Source: Escherichia coli (GTDB taxonomy: Bacteria; Pseudomonadota; Gammaproteobacteria; Enterobacterales; Enterobacteriaceae). Taken from it: a DNA stretch of 64,000 nucleotides. Where the stretch lies: the NCBI RefSeq assembly GCF_024700885.2, contig NZ_CP117016.1. One strand, written 5' to 3'. Positions 55,234-64,000 of this stretch are shown here, piece after piece (within the stretch, counting starts at the first letter, position 1; each line of letters opens with the position of its first letter). Below the pieces are notes generated by a model that was not told the origin of the DNA, ran no database searches, and was given only the letters and a program-made list of their open reading frames with translations. The translations under genes and the position numbers were made by a program.

Positions 55234-56151
55234 ATGGTTCAGAAAATTTTGTCGGATAAGGTTATGAATGAAAGAACAAATGCGTATTACTCTTATTATC
55301 TTGGAGAGCGTAATATCTCCGTACTGCCCCTTAATGTTTATGATCCCCCGGAACGTTTTATCGCTTACATAAAAAAAAACAGAGAAAATCTGAACATCAC
55401 ACTTTCAGATTTTGAACTTGAACAAATCATTTCTGGTATGCGTCTGAAGGCACTGGCCTCCCTGGTGCCCCTGGAAAAAATATCCTGGATCGCGGGCAGT
55501 GAACGTGCATGCTTATTTTCCTGGTATCTGTTGATGCAGTTTATCCAGAATAACAGGACAAAAATAAGCGCAGACTTGCTTCAAAAGAATAAACTGTATC
55601 TTAAAGAAGAGTATTTAGAAGGGAATGCCTTCCCGTCGGACTCATCGACACAGTTCAGACAAATACTCAGAGTTCTCGATATTCTTTCTGATAAGAATTT
55701 GCGGGATGAGTGGATAATCCAGACCAAAGACAGATGGATGCGGGCATTTAAATCAAAGAGTCCTTTCAGTTACCTCCTCCCGGAGAACGAACATGAATGC
55801 ATATGGACATGGAATTATTTGAAGGGAAAAAATATTGCACTGGAAAAACTGGCCAGTTTTCCTGGTTCTGCTGATATTTACCACGCAATTCACCTTTCAT
55901 TTGACATATGGGTTACCTGTCCACTCACCTCACCTGACGATATAAAAAATTTCAGAAACAGTTTCAATAAGGCCAAGGCGCAGCGCAAGTACAAAAAAAT
56001 GCAGGAAGATAAAGTCAATGTACAGTTTTTTCTTGACGCAGAAACCAGGGCGCAGCTCAAAGAATTATCGAGGGTCAGAAGACTCAGTACCGGCGAAATG
56101 CTGCATGACCTGATTGTTGAAGAGTATAAAAGGTACCGACATTCCAGATAA
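55234..56151 (+). CDS. Hypothetical protein, 305 aa, AT-rich, C-terminal ribbon-helix-helix-like segment
   Basis: Strong SD (gagaaagagg); C-terminus VNVQFFLDAETRAQLKELSRVRRLSTGEMLHDLI looks like strand-helix. Confidence 0.55.
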   Translation: MVQKILSDKVMNERTNAYYSYYLGERNISVLPLNVYDPPERFIAYIKKNRENLNITLSDFELEQIISGMRLKALASLVPLEKISWIAGSERACLFSWYLLMQFIQNNRTKISADLLQKNKLYLKEEYLEGNAFPSDSSTQFRQILRVLDILSDKNLRDEWIIQTKDRWMRAFKSKSPFSYLLPENEHECIWTWNYLKGKNIALEKLASFPGSADIYHAIHLSFDIWVTCPLTSPDDIKNFRNSFNKAKAQRKYKKMQEDKVNVQFFLDAETRAQLKELSRVRRLSTGEMLHDLIVEEYKRYRHSR

Positions 56152-56235
56152 TTTCAGACATATATTATCTCCGTGAGTCCCCCACCACCTTTCCGGTGTG
56201 CGGGGGTTTTGTCTTTTTTCACCGGGAATACATGT

Positions 56236-57108
56236 ATGAATCCGTCTGATGCCATTGAGGCAATTGAAAAACCGCTCTCCTCCCTGCCTTACTCACTTTC
56301 CCGTCACATCCTGGAACATCTGCGCAAACTCACCAGTCACGAACCCGTGATTGGCATTATGGGTAAAAGCGGGGCCGGTAAATCCTCACTCTGTAATGCA
56401 CTGTTTCAGGGGGAGGTCACCCCGGTCAGTGATGTTCACGCCGGCACCCGGGAAGTGCGGCGCTTCCGTCTGAGTGGCCACGGTCACAGCATGATTATCA
56501 CTGACCTGCCCGGGGTGGGCGAGAGCCGGGACAGGGATGCAGAGTATGAAGCCCTGTACCGTGACATTCTGCCTGAACTTGACCTGGTACTGTGGCTGAT
56601 TAAAGCCGATGACCGTGCCCTGTCTGTGGATGAGTATTTCTGGCGACACATCCTGCACCGGGGACATCAGCAGGTGCTGTTTGTGGTGACGCAGGCCGAC
56701 AAAACGGAGCCCTGCCATGAATGGGATATGGCCGGCATTCAGCCTTCTCCCGCACAGGCACAGAACATTCGTGAGAAAACAGATGCGGTATTCCGGCTGT
56801 TCCGGCCCGTACATCCGGTTGTGGCCGTATCGGCCTGCACCGGCTGGGAACTGGATACGCTGGTCAGTGCGCTCATGACAGCGCTTCCCGACCATGCCGC
56901 CAGTCCCCTGATGACCCGCCTGCAGGACGAGCTGCGCACGGAATCTGTCCGGTCTCAGGCCCGTGAACAGTTTACCGGTGCGGTGGACCGGATATTTGAC
57001 ACGGCGGAGAGCGTCTGTATTGCCTCTGTTGCACGCACGGTTCTGCGTGCCGTCCGTGACTCGGTGGTCTCTGTTGCCCGCGCTGTATGGAACTGGATTT
57101 TCTTCTGA
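56236..57108 (+). CDS. yeeP: YeeP/YkfA-family GTPase (50S ribosome-binding GTPase fold), apparently intact
   Basis: G1 motif GIMGKSGAGKSS and G3 DLPG; start set at MNPSDAIEA. Confidence 0.7.
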   Translation: MNPSDAIEAIEKPLSSLPYSLSRHILEHLRKLTSHEPVIGIMGKSGAGKSSLCNALFQGEVTPVSDVHAGTREVRRFRLSGHGHSMIITDLPGVGESRDRDAEYEALYRDILPELDLVLWLIKADDRALSVDEYFWRHILHRGHQQVLFVVTQADKTEPCHEWDMAGIQPSPAQAQNIREKTDAVFRLFRPVHPVVAVSACTGWELDTLVSALMTALPDHAASPLMTRLQDELRTESVRSQAREQFTGAVDRIFDTAESVCIASVARTVLRAVRDSVVSVARAVWNWIFF

Positions 57109-57227
57109 ACACTCTGCCAGGGGAAATGCCTGATTACATTGCGTTAACCAACTGAAAACATGACACAAACACCTCATGCCCCTCCTGTTTCTCTTGCGTG
57201 ACTGCTCTGCTGTTAATAGAATAAAAC

Positions 57228-57263
57228 GATCGATAAAACAGGTATCGATCGTTACTATCGATC
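57228..57263. promoter_or_regulatory. agn43 phase-variation switch: three GATC Dam sites in the OxyR-binding region
   Basis: GATC at 57228, 57247 and 57260 within cgatcgataaaacaggtatcgatcgttactatcgatcg, upstream of flu. Confidence 0.75.
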
Positions 57264-57422
57264 GTTTATAGTGGTTAATGGTCTGCGAAAAGGCAGCTGA
57301 ATCTCTTCATCATGCAGAACGGAATTGCACACAACGGACTGATACTTCTCTGGCGGATGAGAGAGGGGAAGCATTTATGTCCGGGAAAAACCACTTTATC
57401 TGACCATGCTGTTTTGTACCTG

Positions 57423-57457
57423 CCGGTATCCACATTTGTGGGTACCGGCTTTTTTAT
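57423..57457 (+). terminator. Rho-independent terminator-like hairpin in the agn43 leader
   Basis: 11-bp stem ccggtatccac...gtgggtaccgg with one G-U pair, then CTTTTTTATT, 24 bp upstream of the flu ATG. Confidence 0.6.
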
Positions 57458-57480
57458 TCACCCTCTGTAAGGAAAAGCTG

Positions 57481-60327
57481 ATGAAACGACATCTGAACAC
57501 CAGCTACAGGCTGGTATGGAATCACATTACGGGCACCCTGGTGGTGGCTTCCGAACTGGCGCGCTCACGGGGAAAACGCACCGGTGTGGCGGTTGCGCTG
57601 TCTCTTGCTGCTGTCACGTCAGTCCCGGTACTGGCTGCTGACACGGTCGTACAGGCGGGAGAAACCGTGAGCGGCGGAACACTGACAAATCATGACAACC
57701 AGATTGTCTTCGGTACGGCCAACGGAATGACCATCAGTACCGGTCTGGAGTATGGGCCGGATAACGAGGCCAATACCGGCGGACAATGGATACAAAATGG
57801 CGGTATCGCCAACAACACTACTGTCACCGGTGGTGGTCTTCAGAGAGTGAATGCCGGAGGAAGCGTTTCAGACACGGTTATCAGTGCCGGAGGCGGACAG
57901 AGCCTTCAGGGGCAGGCAGTGAACACCACTCTGAACGGCGGTGAGCAGTGGGTACATGAAGGCGGGATTGCAACGGGTACCGTCATTAATGAGAAGGGCT
58001 GGCAGGCCGTCAAATCCGGCGCAATGGCAACCGACACGGTTGTGAATACCGGCGCGGAAGGGGGACCGGATGCAGAAAATGGTGATACCGGGCAGTTTGT
58101 TCGCGGAAATGCCGTACGTACCACTATCAATGAAAATGGTCGTCAGATTGTGGCTGCTGAAGGAACAGCAAATACCACTGTGGTTTATGCCGGCGGCGAC
58201 CAGACGGTACACGGGCATGCGCTGGATACCACACTGAATGGCGGTTACCAGTATGTGCACAACGGAGGCACAGCCTCTGACACGGTTGTAAACAGTGACG
58301 GCTGGCAGATTGTCAAGGAAGGTGGTCTGGCGGATTTCACCACCGTTAACCAGAAAGGCAAACTGCAGGTGAACGCCGGTGGTACAGCCACGAATGTCAC
58401 CCTGAAGCAGGGAGGCGCACTGGTCACCAGTACGGCGGCAACCGTCACCGGCAGCAACCGTCTGGGCAATTTCACTGTGGAAAACGGTAATGCTGACGGT
58501 GTTGTTCTGGAGTCCGGTGGTCGCCTGGATGTACTGGAGGGCCATTCAGCCTGGAAAACACTGGTGGATGACGGCGGAACCCTGGCAGTGTCTGCCGGTG
58601 GTAAGGCAACAGATGTCACCATGACATCCGGTAGTGCCCTGATTGCAGACAGTGGTGCCACTGTTGAGGGGACCAATGCCAGCGGTAAGTTCAGTATTGA
58701 TGGCACATCCGGTCAGGCCAGCGGACTGCTGCTGGAAAATGGCGGCAGCTTTACGGTTAATGCCGGAGGACTGGCCAGCAACACCACTGTCGGACATCGT
58801 GGAACACTGACGCTGGCTGCCGGGGGAAGTCTGAGTGGCAGAACACAGCTCAGTAAAGGTGCCAGCATGGTACTGAATGGCGATGTGGTCAGTACCGGCG
58901 ATATTGTTAACGCAGGGGAGATTCGCTTTGATAATCAGACGACACCGGATGCCGCGCTGAGCCGTGCTGTTGCAAAAGGCGACTCCCCGGTAACGTTCCA
59001 TAAACTGACCACCAGTAACCTCACCGGTCAGGGTGGCACCATCAATATGCGTGTTCGCCTTGATGGCAGCAATACCTCTGACCAGCTGGTGATTAATGGT
59101 GGTCAGGCAACCGGCAAAACCTGGCTTGCGTTTACAAATGTCGGAAACAGTAACCTCGGGGTGGCAACCTCCGGACAGGGTATCCGGGTTGTGGATGCAC
59201 AGAATGGCGCCACCACAGAAGAAGGTGCGTTTGCCCTGAGTCGCCCGCTTCAGGCCGGCGCCTTTAACTACACCCTGAACCGTGACAGCGATGAAGACTG
59301 GTACCTGCGCAGTGAAAATGCTTATCGTGCTGAAGTCCCCCTGTATACATCCATGCTGACACAGGCAATGGACTATGACCGGATTCTGGCAGGCTCCCGC
59401 AGCCATCAGACCGGTGTAAACGGTGAAAATAACAGCGTCCGTCTCAGCATTCAGGGCGGTCATCTCGGTCACGATAACAACGGCGGTATTGCCCGTGGAG
59501 CCACGCCGGAAAGCAGCGGCAGCTATGGCTTCGTCCGTCTGGAGGGTGACCTGCTCAGAACAGAGGTTGCCGGTATGTCTCTGACGACAGGGGTGCATGG
59601 TGCCGCAGGCCATTCTTCCGTTGATGTTAAGGATGATGACGGTTCCCGCGCCGGCACGGTCCGGGATGATGCCGGCAGCCTGGGCGGATACCTGAATCTG
59701 ACACACACGTCCTCCGGCCTGTGGGCTGACATTGTGGCACAGGGAACCCGCCACAGCATGAAAGCGTCATCGGACAATAACGACTTCCGCGCCCGCGGCT
59801 GGGGCTGGCTGGGCTCACTGGAAACCGGTCTGCCCTTCAGTATCACTGACAACCTGATGCTGGAGCCACAACTGCAGTATACCTGGCAGGGACTTTCCCT
59901 GGATGACGGCCAGGATAACGCCGGTTATGTGAAGTTCGGGCATGGCAGTGCACAACATGTGCGTGCCGGTTTCCGTCTGGGCAGCCACAACGATATGAGC
60001 TTTGGTGAAGGCACCTCATCCCGTGACACCCTGCGCGACAGTGCAAAACACCGTGTGCGTGAACTGCCGGTGAACTGGTGGGTACAGCCTTCTGTTATCC
60101 GCACCTTCAGTTCCCGGGGTGACATGAGCATGGGGACAGCCGCCGCCGGCAGTAACATGACGTTCTCACCGTCCCGGAATGGCACGTCACTGGACCTGCA
60201 GGCCGGACTGGAAGCCCGTGTCCGGGAAAATATCACCCTGGGCGTTCAGGCCGGTTATGCCCACAGTGTCAGCGGCAGCAGCGCTGAAGGTTATAACGGT
60301 CAGGCCACGCTGAATGTGACTTTCTGA
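57481..60327 (+). CDS. flu: Antigen 43 autotransporter adhesin (948 aa)
   Basis: Signal peptide, repetitive beta-helix passenger (TVxNxGG repeats), C-terminal beta-barrel ending ...TLNVTF. Confidence 0.85.
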   Translation: MKRHLNTSYRLVWNHITGTLVVASELARSRGKRTGVAVALSLAAVTSVPVLAADTVVQAGETVSGGTLTNHDNQIVFGTANGMTISTGLEYGPDNEANTGGQWIQNGGIANNTTVTGGGLQRVNAGGSVSDTVISAGGGQSLQGQAVNTTLNGGEQWVHEGGIATGTVINEKGWQAVKSGAMATDTVVNTGAEGGPDAENGDTGQFVRGNAVRTTINENGRQIVAAEGTANTTVVYAGGDQTVHGHALDTTLNGGYQYVHNGGTASDTVVNSDGWQIVKEGGLADFTTVNQKGKLQVNAGGTATNVTLKQGGALVTSTAATVTGSNRLGNFTVENGNADGVVLESGGRLDVLEGHSAWKTLVDDGGTLAVSAGGKATDVTMTSGSALIADSGATVEGTNASGKFSIDGTSGQASGLLLENGGSFTVNAGGLASNTTVGHRGTLTLAAGGSLSGRTQLSKGASMVLNGDVVSTGDIVNAGEIRFDNQTTPDAALSRAVAKGDSPVTFHKLTTSNLTGQGGTINMRVRLDGSNTSDQLVINGGQATGKTWLAFTNVGNSNLGVATSGQGIRVVDAQNGATTEEGAFALSRPLQAGAFNYTLNRDSDEDWYLRSENAYRAEVPLYTSMLTQAMDYDRILAGSRSHQTGVNGENNSVRLSIQGGHLGHDNNGGIARGATPESSGSYGFVRLEGDLLRTEVAGMSLTTGVHGAAGHSSVDVKDDDGSRAGTVRDDAGSLGGYLNLTHTSSGLWADIVAQGTRHSMKASSDNNDFRARGWGWLGSLETGLPFSITDNLMLEPQLQYTWQGLSLDDGQDNAGYVKFGHGSAQHVRAGFRLGSHNDMSFGEGTSSRDTLRDSAKHRVRELPVNWWVQPSVIRTFSSRGDMSMGTAAAGSNMTFSPSRNGTSLDLQAGLEARVRENITLGVQAGYAHSVSGSSAEGYNGQATLNVTF

Positions 60328-60361
60328 TAATCAGGTCACTCTCCTTCAGGCCCCGGTCATC

Positions 60362-60556
60362 ATGACCGGGGCTTTTTACTTTCAGGGAGCAACAGATATG
60401 CCGGGTTGTACATCACGTTTATTGCCCGAAGGCCCTTTCTCACGCGAACAGGCTGTTGCCGTCAAAACAGCTTACCGCAATGTATTTACTGAAGATGACC
60501 AGGGAACATATTCCCGGCTGGTTATCCGTAATGCTGAAGGTCAGTTGCGCTGGTGA
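60362..60556 (+). CDS. Small hypothetical protein (64 aa)
   Basis: ORF only, downstream of flu. Confidence 0.3.
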   Translation: MTGAFYFQGATDMPGCTSRLLPEGPFSREQAVAVKTAYRNVFTEDDQGTYSRLVIRNAEGQLRW

Positions 60557-60710
60557 TGCCGGAACACAGCTTAATACTCAGCTCGCCAGTTAAGGGCTTC
60601 TCAGACAATAAACGTCATTCATTTCATCTGTCAGGCCGCGTCTTCTCCGGGAGACGCAGCTTTTTCATTTATTACACCAGTAAATCGTAACCACCGATAA
60701 GGAGCAAATT

Positions 60711-61529
60711 ATGCGACTAGCCAGTCGTTTTGGTTATGCGAACCAGATACGCCGTGACCGTCCGCTGACACACGAAGAACTGATGCACTATGTTCCCAGT
60801 ATTTTCGGTGAAGACCGGCATACTTCCCGCAGTAAACGATATGCGTACATTCCCACCATCACCGTACTGGAAAGCCTGCAGCAGGAAGGTTTTCAGCCAT
60901 TCTTCGCCTGCCAGACCCGCGTGCGCGACCCGGGCCGCCGGGGATACACAAAACACATGCTGCGTCTGCGGCGGGCCGGAGAGATAAACGGAGAACATGT
61001 CCCTGAAATTATTCTGCTCAACTCTCATGACGGTACCTCCAGCTACCAGATGCTGCCGGGTTACTTCAGATTCGTCTGCCAGAATGGCTGCGTCTGCGGT
61101 CAGTCTCTGGGGGAAGTGCGTGTTCCACACCGGGGAAATGTGGTGGAGAAAGTTATCGAAGGGGCTTACGAAGTGGTGGGGGTTTTTGACCGGATTGAGG
61201 AAAAGCGTGATGCCATGCAGTCGCTGGTCCTGCCGCCACCGGCACGCCAGGCGCTGGCACAGGCGGCACTGACTTACCGTTATGGTGACGAACATCAGCC
61301 AGTCACCACCGCTGACATTCTGACGCCACGACGCCGGGAGGATTACGGTAAGGACCTGTGGAGTACTTATCAGACCATCCAGGAGAATATGCTGAAAGGC
61401 GGGATTTCCGGCCGCAGTGCAAAAGGAAAACGTATCCACACCCGTGCCATTCACAACATCGACACCGATATTAAGCTCAACCGCGCATTGTGGGTAATGG
61501 CAGAAACGCTGCTGGAGAGCCTGCGCTGA
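60711..61529 (+). CDS. DUF932-family protein (YafZ/YfjQ-like)
   Basis: 272 aa; strong SD aaggag; conserved CP4-type module position. Confidence 0.7.
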   Translation: MRLASRFGYANQIRRDRPLTHEELMHYVPSIFGEDRHTSRSKRYAYIPTITVLESLQQEGFQPFFACQTRVRDPGRRGYTKHMLRLRRAGEINGEHVPEIILLNSHDGTSSYQMLPGYFRFVCQNGCVCGQSLGEVRVPHRGNVVEKVIEGAYEVVGVFDRIEEKRDAMQSLVLPPPARQALAQAALTYRYGDEHQPVTTADILTPRRREDYGKDLWSTYQTIQENMLKGGISGRSAKGKRIHTRAIHNIDTDIKLNRALWVMAETLLESLR

Positions 61530-61870
61530 TGCAGCATGTCCCTGAAGGCGTGATTCAGGCACCAGAATCACCCGACGCCCCGGAGGCGCTGCCGGGGTGT
61601 CGTTCCATTTCTGATGATGACCTGTGCGCCTGGTGTACCCGTCTGCTTTACCGTCCCGGAGAAATCAGTCTGTGCAGACTGAGTATACAGGCAATGGCAT
61701 CTGGCCATCCGTCTGTGACCGGAACGGTTACGCGTACGGCTGTCCGGAATTTCAGCCGAATATCATTCATCCCTGATATTACCGGGTCATCACGGTCAGT
61801 GATGAACGTGATGTTGCCAGGTCCCGACCTTTACTCCCTCTCATTTATTCACATTACAAGGATTTCATAC

Positions 61871-62344
61871 ATGAAAACATTGTCTCAGAACACCACCTCT
61901 TCGGCCTGTGCACCGGAGACTGACCTGCAACAACTGGTTGCCACCCTCGTCCCTGATGAACAGCGCATCAGCTTCTGGCCGCAGCACTTTGGCCTCATTC
62001 CACAGTGGGTGACCCTGGAGCCCCGTGTCTTCGGCTGGATGGACCGTCTGTGCGAAGACTACTGCGGTGGTATCTGGAATCTGTACACCCTGAACAACGG
62101 CGGGGCATTTATGGCACCCGAACCGGATGACGATGATGACGAAACATGGGTACTGTTCAATGCCATGAACGGTAACCGCGCTGAAATGAGTCCGGAAGCT
62201 GCCGGCATTGCTGCCTGTCTGATGACGTACAGTCATCATGCCTGTCGTACGGAGTGTTATGCCATGACGGTCCATTATTACCGGCTGCGGGATTACGCCC
62301 TGCAGCATCCGGAATGCAGCGCCATTATGCGCATCATCGACTGA
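61871..62344 (+). CDS. Antirestriction protein (KlcA/ArdB-like, YfjX/YafX family)
   Basis: ...AAGIAACLMTYSHHACR...YYRLRDYALQHPECSAIMRIID; start at MKTLSQNT (the frame is open upstream to 61490). Confidence 0.7.
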   Translation: MKTLSQNTTSSACAPETDLQQLVATLVPDEQRISFWPQHFGLIPQWVTLEPRVFGWMDRLCEDYCGGIWNLYTLNNGGAFMAPEPDDDDDETWVLFNAMNGNRAEMSPEAAGIAACLMTYSHHACRTECYAMTVHYYRLRDYALQHPECSAIMRIID

Positions 62345-62359
62345 ATGGAGAGAAGTACA

Positions 62360-62836
62360 ATGCAACAGCTTTCCTTTCTGCCCGGAGAGATGACGCCCGG
62401 CGAGCGCAGCCTCATTCAACGGGCCCTGAAAACCCTGGACCGCCATCTTCATGAACCCGGCGTGGCCTTCACCTCCACCCGTGCGGCACGAGAATGGCTG
62501 ATTCTGAACATGGCGGGACTGGAGCGTGAAGAGTTCCGGGTGCTGTATCTGAACAACCAGAATCAGCTGATTGCCGGTGAAACCCTCTTCACCGGCACCA
62601 TCAACCGCACGGAAGTCCATCCCCGTGAAGTGATTAAACGCGCCCTGTATCACAATGCCGCTGCTGTGGTGCTGGCACACAATCACCCGTCCGGTGAAGT
62701 CACACCCAGCAAGGCAGACCGCCTTATCACGGAACGTCTGGTACAGGCACTGGGCCTGGTGGATATCCGGGTGCCGGACCATCTGATAGTCGGTGGCAGC
62801 CAGGTTTTCTCCTTTGCCGAATATGGTCTGCTTTAA
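62360..62836 (+). CDS. RadC-like JAB-domain protein (YeeS/YkfG family)
   Basis: JAMM motif HNHPSGEVTPSKAD; start at MQQLSFLPGE with SD ggagagaag. Confidence 0.8.
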   Translation: MQQLSFLPGEMTPGERSLIQRALKTLDRHLHEPGVAFTSTRAAREWLILNMAGLEREEFRVLYLNNQNQLIAGETLFTGTINRTEVHPREVIKRALYHNAAAVVLAHNHPSGEVTPSKADRLITERLVQALGLVDIRVPDHLIVGGSQVFSFAEYGLL

Positions 62837-62898
62837 CCCGTCACAACCACATCACACCTGTTTTCACTTTTATCTTCTGTCTTCAGAGGTATCCCACT

Positions 62899-63120
62899 AT
62901 GAAAATCATCACCCGTGGCGAAGCCATGCGTATTCACCGTCAGCATCCGGCATCCCGTCTTTTTCCGTTCTGTACCGGCAAATACCGCTGGCACGGCAGT
63001 GCTGAAGCGTATACCGGTCGTGAAGTGCAGGATATTCCCGGTGTGCTGGCCGTGTTTGCAGAACGCCGTAAGGACAGTTTTGGTCCGTATGTCCGGCTGA
63101 TGAGCGTCACCCTGAACTGA
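62899..63120 (+). CDS. DUF987-family protein (YeeT-like)
   Basis: 73 aa; conserved position between the RadC-like gene and cbeA. Confidence 0.65.
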   Translation: MKIITRGEAMRIHRQHPASRLFPFCTGKYRWHGSAEAYTGREVQDIPGVLAVFAERRKDSFGPYVRLMSVTLN

Positions 63121-63282
63121 TGTTCCGTCACCCGGAAAACGAGTACGACTGGCTGAGCTCAGACGCCGCTGTGGATGAGGCCCTGCTCATCAACGAATAC
63201 ACCTTCACCGAAGCCGGTCTGTGCACCGGCTGACCCGTCATCGTTAAACTATCATTCACCGATTTTCTGTGAGGATTTTATC

Positions 63283-63651
63283 GTGTCAGACACACTTTCC
63301 GGGACAACGCATCCCGATGACAATGACGACCATCCCTGGTGGGGACTACCCTGCACAGTGACGCCCTGTTTCGGCGCCCGTCTGGTGCAGGAGGGTAACC
63401 GGTTGCATTACCTTGCCGACCGTGCCGGTATCAGAGGCCGGTTCAGAGATGCGGATGCGTACCCTCTGGACCAGGCCTTTCCGCTGCTGATGAAACAACT
63501 GAAATTAATGCTCACCAGTGGTGAACTGAATCCCCGCCATCAGCATACCGTGACACTGTATGCGAAGGGGCTGACCTGTGAAGCCGACACCCTCGGCTCC
63601 TGTGGTTACGTTTATCTGGCTGTTTATCCGACACCTGAAACGAAAAAGTAA
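63283..63651 (+). CDS. cbeA: CbeA/YeeU-family type IV antitoxin
   Basis: GTG start with SD gaggat; ...[33 protein letters not shown]...[31 protein letters not shown]. Confidence 0.8.
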   Translation: MSDTLSGTTHPDDNDDHPWWGLPCTVTPCFGARLVQEGNRLHYLADRAGIRGRFRDADAYPLDQAFPLLMKQLKLMLTSGELNPRHQHTVTLYAKGLTCEADTLGSCGYVYLAVYPTPETKK

Positions 63652-63740
63652 ACCACCAGAATAACCTTCTGCTCCGGCCTGGTGTTTTCACCACGCCACT
63701 GTCCCATTTTTTATCTCTGCATATCAGGAAAATCTTCAGT

Positions 63741-64000
63741 ATGAAAACATTACCCGACACGCATGTACGGGAGGTATCGTGCTGCCCGTCTCCCGTCACC
63801 ATCTGGCAGACACTGCTCACCCGGTTACTGGACCAGCATTACAGCCTTACGCTGAATGACACACCGTTCGTGGATGAACGCGTGATTGAGCAGCATATTG
63901 AGGCAGGCATTTCACTGTGTGATGCAGTGAACTTTCTCGTGGAAAAATACGCACTGGTACGAACTGACCAGCCGGGATTCAGCGCAGGAGCCTCGTCGCA
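63741..64000 (+). CDS. cbtA: CbtA/YeeV-family toxin, 5' portion (runs off window end)
   Basis: [11 protein letters not shown]...[43 protein letters not shown]. Confidence 0.8.
   Translation, partial: MKTLPDTHVREVSCCPSPVTIWQTLLTRLLDQHYSLTLNDTPFVDERVIEQHIEAGISLCDAVNFLVEKYALVRTDQPGFSAGASS

Noticed and set aside
57868-59852. Several long minus-strand ORFs (225, 402, 153, 109 aa) overlapping flu
   Set aside because: They lie antisense to a GC-rich, highly repetitive autotransporter gene and are Cys/Pro/Arg-rich, low-complexity translations; this is typical of spurious antisense ORFs.
63512-63820. 102-aa minus-strand ORF across the cbeA-cbtA junction
   Set aside because: Antisense to two well-supported conserved genes.

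Overview
Escherichia coli chromosomal window: conserved backbone lptG(3' end)-yjgR-ahr-leuX (tRNA-Leu), then a large mosaic accessory region integrated at leuX. Calls rest on reading the six-frame translations and the DNA by eye; no database search or folding was run. (1) 3504-9076: a compact AT-rich ~5.6-kb element inserted between leuX and its native terminator, bounded by a 25-bp direct repeat of the tRNA 3' end. It encodes a small serine recombinase, three proteins I cannot place in any family, an XRE-type HTH protein and about 2 kb of possibly structured non-coding DNA, and has no tyrosine integrase. This is the best candidate for an undescribed system. (2) 9102 onward: an older leuX island with a truncated P4-type integrase and IS66/IS4 debris, then a sugar-acid-like catabolic operon (IclR regulator, DHDPS-like, UxaA/GarD-like dehydratase, PdxA-like, MFS, amidohydrolase), a nested IS100/IS66/IS110 pile, an orphan PTS IIA-IIB-IIC with LacI regulator, the deoxyribose operon deoQ/deoK/deoP/deoX, TetR-DUF2254-BCCT transporter genes, an IS3-family element with a fused transposase ORF, an msbB2-like lipid A acyltransferase beside an IS1-disrupted virK-like gene, and a phytase-like secreted protein. 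(3) 49865-64000: a CP4-like prophage-remnant module (two zinc-ribbon paralogs, YagK-like, AlpA, YeeP-like GTPase, Ag43 with its Dam/OxyR GATC switch, DUF932, antirestriction, RadC-like, DUF987, CbeA/CbtA). No CRISPR array or rRNA was seen.
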